A DNA stretch of 37,494 bases, taken from assembly GCA_032718475.1 (NCBI GenBank), contig JAUCBJ010006909.1:1-37494 (forward strand). Reading direction: 5' to 3'. Numbering within the stretch: position 1 is the first letter of the stretch; each line of letters begins with the position of its first letter. A model generated the notes under the pieces. The model was given only the letters and a program-made list of their open reading frames with translations. It did no database searches and had not been told where the DNA came from. The translations under genes were made by a program, and so were the position numbers. Positions 32,321-37,494 of this stretch are shown here, one piece after another. This DNA is from Nemertoderma westbladi (taxonomy: Eukaryota > Animalia > Xenacoelomorpha).

Positions 32321-35300
32321 ATGAGTGTCTCAGACAAAGAGGCACTAGAGGAAAGCTATGAGACGGCGGCCGGACCGCCGACTGACGATAGCGTAAATGT
32401 TACTGTTGACGACAATGCCGACTATGACGACGCAGCGAGCGACGCTGACGTAAGTGAACAGGAGGACGAGACAGTGACTAGTGAGGAAGAAGAGCTACCT
32501 CAGGTAATAGTATTAGGATCCCCTACCGCTACTGTAAGGAAGGATTGTACAGCAACCCGGACAGAGGTGAGTGATAGGGAGGGTAGTGTAGTAGAAGCGA
32601 GAGCCCGGAGCCCGGTTTCCAGACCTGTGGGTATGGTAAGTGCCGTGGTCCCAGCGGCTGTTAGGAGTACCCGTAGTTCCCGAAATAATCCTTCAAGTCC
32701 ACCGAGTGTAAGTCAGGTAAGTGATAGAGAGTTCGACATTGCGATAAAGAAGAAACTTCGCGCGCATGCCGGACATATAACTCGGACGACGGACAAGGTA
32801 AGGAAGATGTTAGCTGACTCAGCGAACATCGGGAGGGTAGAGTTAGTAGAGATTAGAAGAGGATATAACTCAGCGTTATTCAAGCAGACGGAGGAGCTTG
32901 CAGTCCTAGCGAAGAAGGCAGTAGAGTCTCAGTCGAGCGACGTGGCGACGAGGATTTACGACAGGGTTTTAGCAGCCTTGTTGGAGCACCGCGAGTTATC
33001 GGAGCGATTCCGACGAGTTAGGACGGAGAACTGGCTGCTATGGGCATCACAAACGCAGGCGACTCAGGTGACTGACGCAGAGTTGAGAGACTTAGTGGAG
33101 CGAGAAGAGATCCAAGATAAAGAAGAGCGCCGTTATCAGAGGGAAGTTACTAGCTGGCTGATGCAGAATGGAGTGGTGGTACCAGGCCAGGTGCTACCGA
33201 CGACGTAGAACATTCAACAGAGGACGTTGACTCCACCCGACGACGCATCCAGAGACAGTGGCGATTCCCAGGTTAGTCACGCGCGAGGGAAAGTTATATG
33301 TGCTAGATCCCTTGTTTCTCACAACTCGGCGGAGGAGAGAAGACGCCGACTGGACGAACAGCAGGCGGAAGTTTTGCGTGCATCGGAAGCACGGAAGGAA
33401 GCCGAGCGGGAACGGGAGCGCACACGTAAGTTAGACGCGGAGTTACGAGAGTTGGAGGAGATAAGTAAGCGCGAGCGAGCGGAACGCGAGCAAAAGGAAC
33501 GCGAACTCCAAGCCGAGCGCGAGCGCAAGGAACTCGAACGCGAACAGAGAGAACGCGAACTCCAACTCGAACGCGAACGCAAGGAACTCGAACGTGAACA
33601 GAAGGAACGCGAGCTTCAACTCGAACGCGAACGCAAGGAACGCGAACTCGAGATCGAGAAAAGAAGACGCGCGTTGTATGAAGAGAAGGCGCGAGTGGAA
33701 GAAGAGAGCGCAGCGAGACGAGCGAGGGAAGAAGAAGAACGTAAACTGGCGCAGTTGGAAAGTGCGAGATTAAGTTTAGAGAGCGAAGAACGGACTAGGA
33801 AGGCGAACGAAATCGCCGAGAAGGGGATGCGAATGATCGAAGAATGTGGGGCGAGTGTAGGGACTGAGTTGCGAGAACTGTTCGCACTGCAGAAGGCCGA
33901 ACAGGAAGCGAGAACTCCGACCATACGCGAGTCGACGACGACCAGAATTCCTATACCCGGTCCAGCTATTACGAGTACACGGATCGCTAAACCATTCTCT
34001 ACATATCGCACGCCAGTTGGTATTAGTGCTTCACCCATCGCGCAGAATCCACGTCATCAGAACATCGCACCACTACACACCGAACACGACGATGAAGAGT
34101 TTAGAGAAACTCCGACGGGACGAGTATTGGGCGAACCGAACCCGCGGGTTTGGAATACGCGGACGGAGCGCCGACCCAGTTCGACGGAGAACTTCCGGGT
34201 TAAACCGGAAGAGGGATCATATGAGAGACAGCGGATTACTCAGATAGAGCCGACTATACAACAGAACCCTAGCCAGGAATTTATTACGAGGGATGAGTTA
34301 AGTGCTAGTTTAGCGCAAGCTATATCGCCACACATCCAACCTATAACGGACATGCTTAGCAACCTACGGTTAAAGGAAGCAGCCCAGGTAAGAAGTAATT
34401 CAAATCCTAGCAGGACTGAGTTAGATAAAGTTCAGCCTAGTCAACGAGTACGCATATCGGAGGAGACTATACCACATAGACCTCAGGTAAGGACGCCTGT
34501 CCCGAATATTCATAATCCCAACTTCGAAAATTCGGCCGAGAAATTTATACAAGATGCTTGGGTCAGGGCCTCGGCGCGCAAACCATCGCGAGCACTAAGG
34601 ACTGACACCGAGTCAAGCGATGAAGAGGAAGAAATGAGACGTCAGAAGTCCCGAAACTATAAGGAAAGAAGGACCGACGCGGAGCAGGTAAGTTGGAACC
34701 ACCGGGAAAGGACCAGACTTAATAACCCTGCAGAACTAAACCATTTGTTAACCCGGAACGACGCAACCCTTAGGGACATAGGTAAGTTTGCTGCTAGGCA
34801 AGGACTGCCGACGCAACAACCCCAGAAGTTTATGGGCAACCACAAGCACTGGAGGACCTTTAAAACCTATGTCGACGAGCAGCTAACCAACAGCACCTTT
34901 ACTCCCAACGAGAAGTTCAACTATTTGCTTCAGATGCTCCATCGAGAACCTAGAGCCATTGCTGATAACTTCGTCGGCAATGAAAGAGCATTCGAGTTAG
35001 CAATGAAGACGCTTAGCGACATCTACGGAAATAAAACCAAGATGGCGCAGTCGATAGTGGAAGACTTGGGTAAGGGCGGAAGGATTACAACTCCGTTAGA
35101 GCTGTTGAACTTAGCGAACGCCATTTCGAACGCATTGGACATCTTGAGGACGGTGAATCTACCTCATCATGGTGATCACGCCGAAGTTTTAAAGAGCGTA
35201 ATAAGACGTTTAAACATGCGTTACAGACAGAAATGGCGCAAATTAGAGAATAAGTTGGAGGGCCAAGGTAAAGTATTGACACTTCAGCATATTCATGACA

Positions 35301-37494
35301 TGATAGCCACAGACGCAGTAGCAGAGATGAAATCAAACTTCTCAGAAGAGAATATGAGGGAGTCTAAACCTGTTACCGGTAAGTCTATGGTAAGTTTTGA
35401 CGATGACAGGACCACTGTGACATTTAACTCAGTAGACAGATATAATTCGAGTACCCCAGCCTTTAGATCAGACTCGCGAGTATGGTCAGGTGAGCGGTTA
35501 GATAGACCTAGGTTAAAGCAACAGGAGTTGCCGGATGGATTTGTAGGTTGCCAATACTGTTTACTAAAGGAGGTAAGATCTGACGACCATAAGTTAGATA
35601 GTTGCAGACGGTTCAAAGAATTAAATTCGGAACAGAGAAGAGTTCAAGTGCGGACGCTGGACACCTGTTGGGCATGTCTTGCGCCAGGCCATGTACGGCG
35701 GCAGTGCCCGAACAGCAAGGACGGATGCATGGAATGCGGCAGACTACATCACAAGTTGCTACATGCGGATTTCCATACCCCAACGGACCGTTACTTACAG
35801 CGAAATCCTCAAAGGAAGAGGAGCAAAGAACCCGTATCGATAAGGAGGAATACGTACACTGGCATCCAGGACGATGGTTACCAACCAGGTTCGTCGGACG
35901 AGGATGGCGAGTCGAGCGCGAGAGAAGTGACCTGCCAAGGTTTCACCGCGGATAGTTCATCGACCAGCGCGCGGACGTATTTATCATCGGCCACATCGGA
36001 AATATTTAGCGTGATTCCGGTGAAACTCACTGGCGATAAGGGATCGAAGAGAATATATGTGATGTTGGACACTGCGTCCACATTATCTTATATCGACGAG
36101 GAAGTGGCGAGAGCTGTTTCTAGCTTCCAGGACGCCGAGGAGATCCAAATAGAGTTGAAGTCTATGCATGGAGTAGGTGACCTCAAGGGACACAGAATTT
36201 CGGTAGAACTAGATTCCCTACTTCCGAGAGACCAACACACTCGACAAGAACGGAAAGCTTTGCCATTGGACGGATTTAAGTGTCTAGCTATGAAGGGATT
36301 CGGCAGGCAGTTAGGTAAGGTGCCGCCGATGAGTCCCATAGCACAGGAGTATTTTGACAAGCTCAGGATACCCAGACACCAGGTAGGTTATAGGAATGTT
36401 TCTATGTTGATTGGTGCAGAACAGCTGATCGCACACCAGATATGGGAAACGAGACCAGCTGAGCCGCATGTCAATGGACCACATGCCCATAGGACCATAC
36501 TAGGTTGGTATACACGAGTACCCATGTCTTATGAGTTTACAGGTGGCGACAAGCCAATGAATAGATACGACGAATTACAGCCTATAACTCAACCACCGTT
36601 AGTAGAACCACCAGACATAGACGAGTTTAGGAGAACCTGTATTGACCACTATAGTGACTTTAGCGAGTCGGACGAGGAGTTGATTCCCGATAATGTTAGG
36701 TTGTCGGAACCACTTCACAATGACCGGACAGATAGTGAACCCGAGGACTACTGTTATCAGACCCGTGGGTCTGGTTCAGCGGCCCACGCTACCTATCTGA
36801 CTAACGTTTTGACTTATACAGACATAGTGGAGGGTCAAGTGGCTAAATATCGAGACCTAGACATTTTCCAATACAGTGAGGAGGAATTACAGAAGGAATT
36901 GATACGCCAGGACCTCGAGACAGGAGCCAGAACCGTCGAATGGCTGGATAGGGACGCAATGGAACCCGGTGGATATGACCTAGCCATGTCTACTGATGAG
37001 AAACGGTCGCTGGAGATGATGGAAGATACCATACGTCTGCTACCGACTGGACATTTTGAAGTTGGAATGTTGTGGCGTCGACAACCACCTAAGTTGGAGA
37101 ACAACTACAACTTAGCCTTGAAAAGATTAAACGGAGTAAGGGCTCGGTTGTTGAAGAATCCAGGCATTAGGGAGAAGTATTGCGCCCAGATCAACAACTA
37201 TTTCGCCAAGGGATTTGCTGGGAAGGTAGAGGACCCTAACTTAGTGACAGACCAGACTTATTACCTTCCACACCACTATGTGACTCACCCTGACAAGCCA
37301 GACAAGGTCCGAGTAGTCAACGACTGCGCAGCAGTCTATAGAGGTATGTCCCTGAATTCAGAGTTGATGGATGGTCCCAACCTGAATAACTATTTGATTG
37401 GAATACTGTTGCGTTTTAGACAGCGGCGATTCGCATTTACTTGTGACATCGAGGCGATGTTCCACCAGGTAAGAGCCTGTAAGGCAGACCAGGA
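32321..37494 (+). CDS. BEL/Pao gag-pol polyprotein (3' incomplete), with one in-frame TAG at 33206-33208
   Basis: The same frame continues after the TAG to the window end (spot-checked at several points). It contains DUF1759-like KFMGNHKHWRTF..EKFNYL, three knuckles (CQYC..H..C, CWACLAPGHVRRQC, CMECGRLHHKLLH), protease MLDTAS at 36062, and Pao RT YLPHH..KVRVVNDCAA..GPNL..LLRFR..DIEAMFHQV. Confidence 0.92.
33481..33655 (+). repeat. Coding tandem repeat in gag (E/R/K/Q-rich)
   Basis: Repeated GAACGCGAA(CTC/CAG/CGC) units encode (EREQKERELQLERERKEL)n. Confidence 0.9.

Noticed and set aside
33319-34038. Ser/Arg-rich minus-strand ORFs
   Set aside because: They are antisense shadows of the repetitive gag region.
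35468-35482. Sixth copy of the 21-bp motif (AGACTCGCGAG) in the plus-strand element
   Set aside because: Only the central 11 bp match, which is compatible with chance.

Overview
This is AT-rich eukaryotic (metazoan invertebrate-like) genomic DNA. It is not prokaryotic, and no CRISPR array, rRNA gene or operon is visible. The left half holds the last five coding exons of a + strand host gene (two calcium-binding EGF modules followed by a C-terminal F5/8-type-C/discoidin-like domain), which the ORF track misses. Its introns are packed with transposons: RTE, CR1/L2 and CRE LINE fragments, Ty3/gypsy relics, and a near-complete intron-containing Sola2 DNA transposon with a TTTG TSD. A CACTA relic lies upstream of the first visible exon. 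The right half is a nested stack of two BEL/Pao LTR retrotransposons in opposite orientation. The most interesting object is the minus-strand BEL element. Downstream of integrase, where an env gene would sit, it carries a ~1170-codon accessory reading frame with a single in-frame TAA, encoding a putative DEDD 3'-5' exonuclease plus three CCHC zinc knuckles. It also has five co-oriented copies of a conserved 21-bp motif (GGAAGACTYGYGAGCCTWYCT) across coding and non-coding parts, and a tRNA-like Pol III cassette in its 3' LTR. All calls were made by eye, with no database searches.
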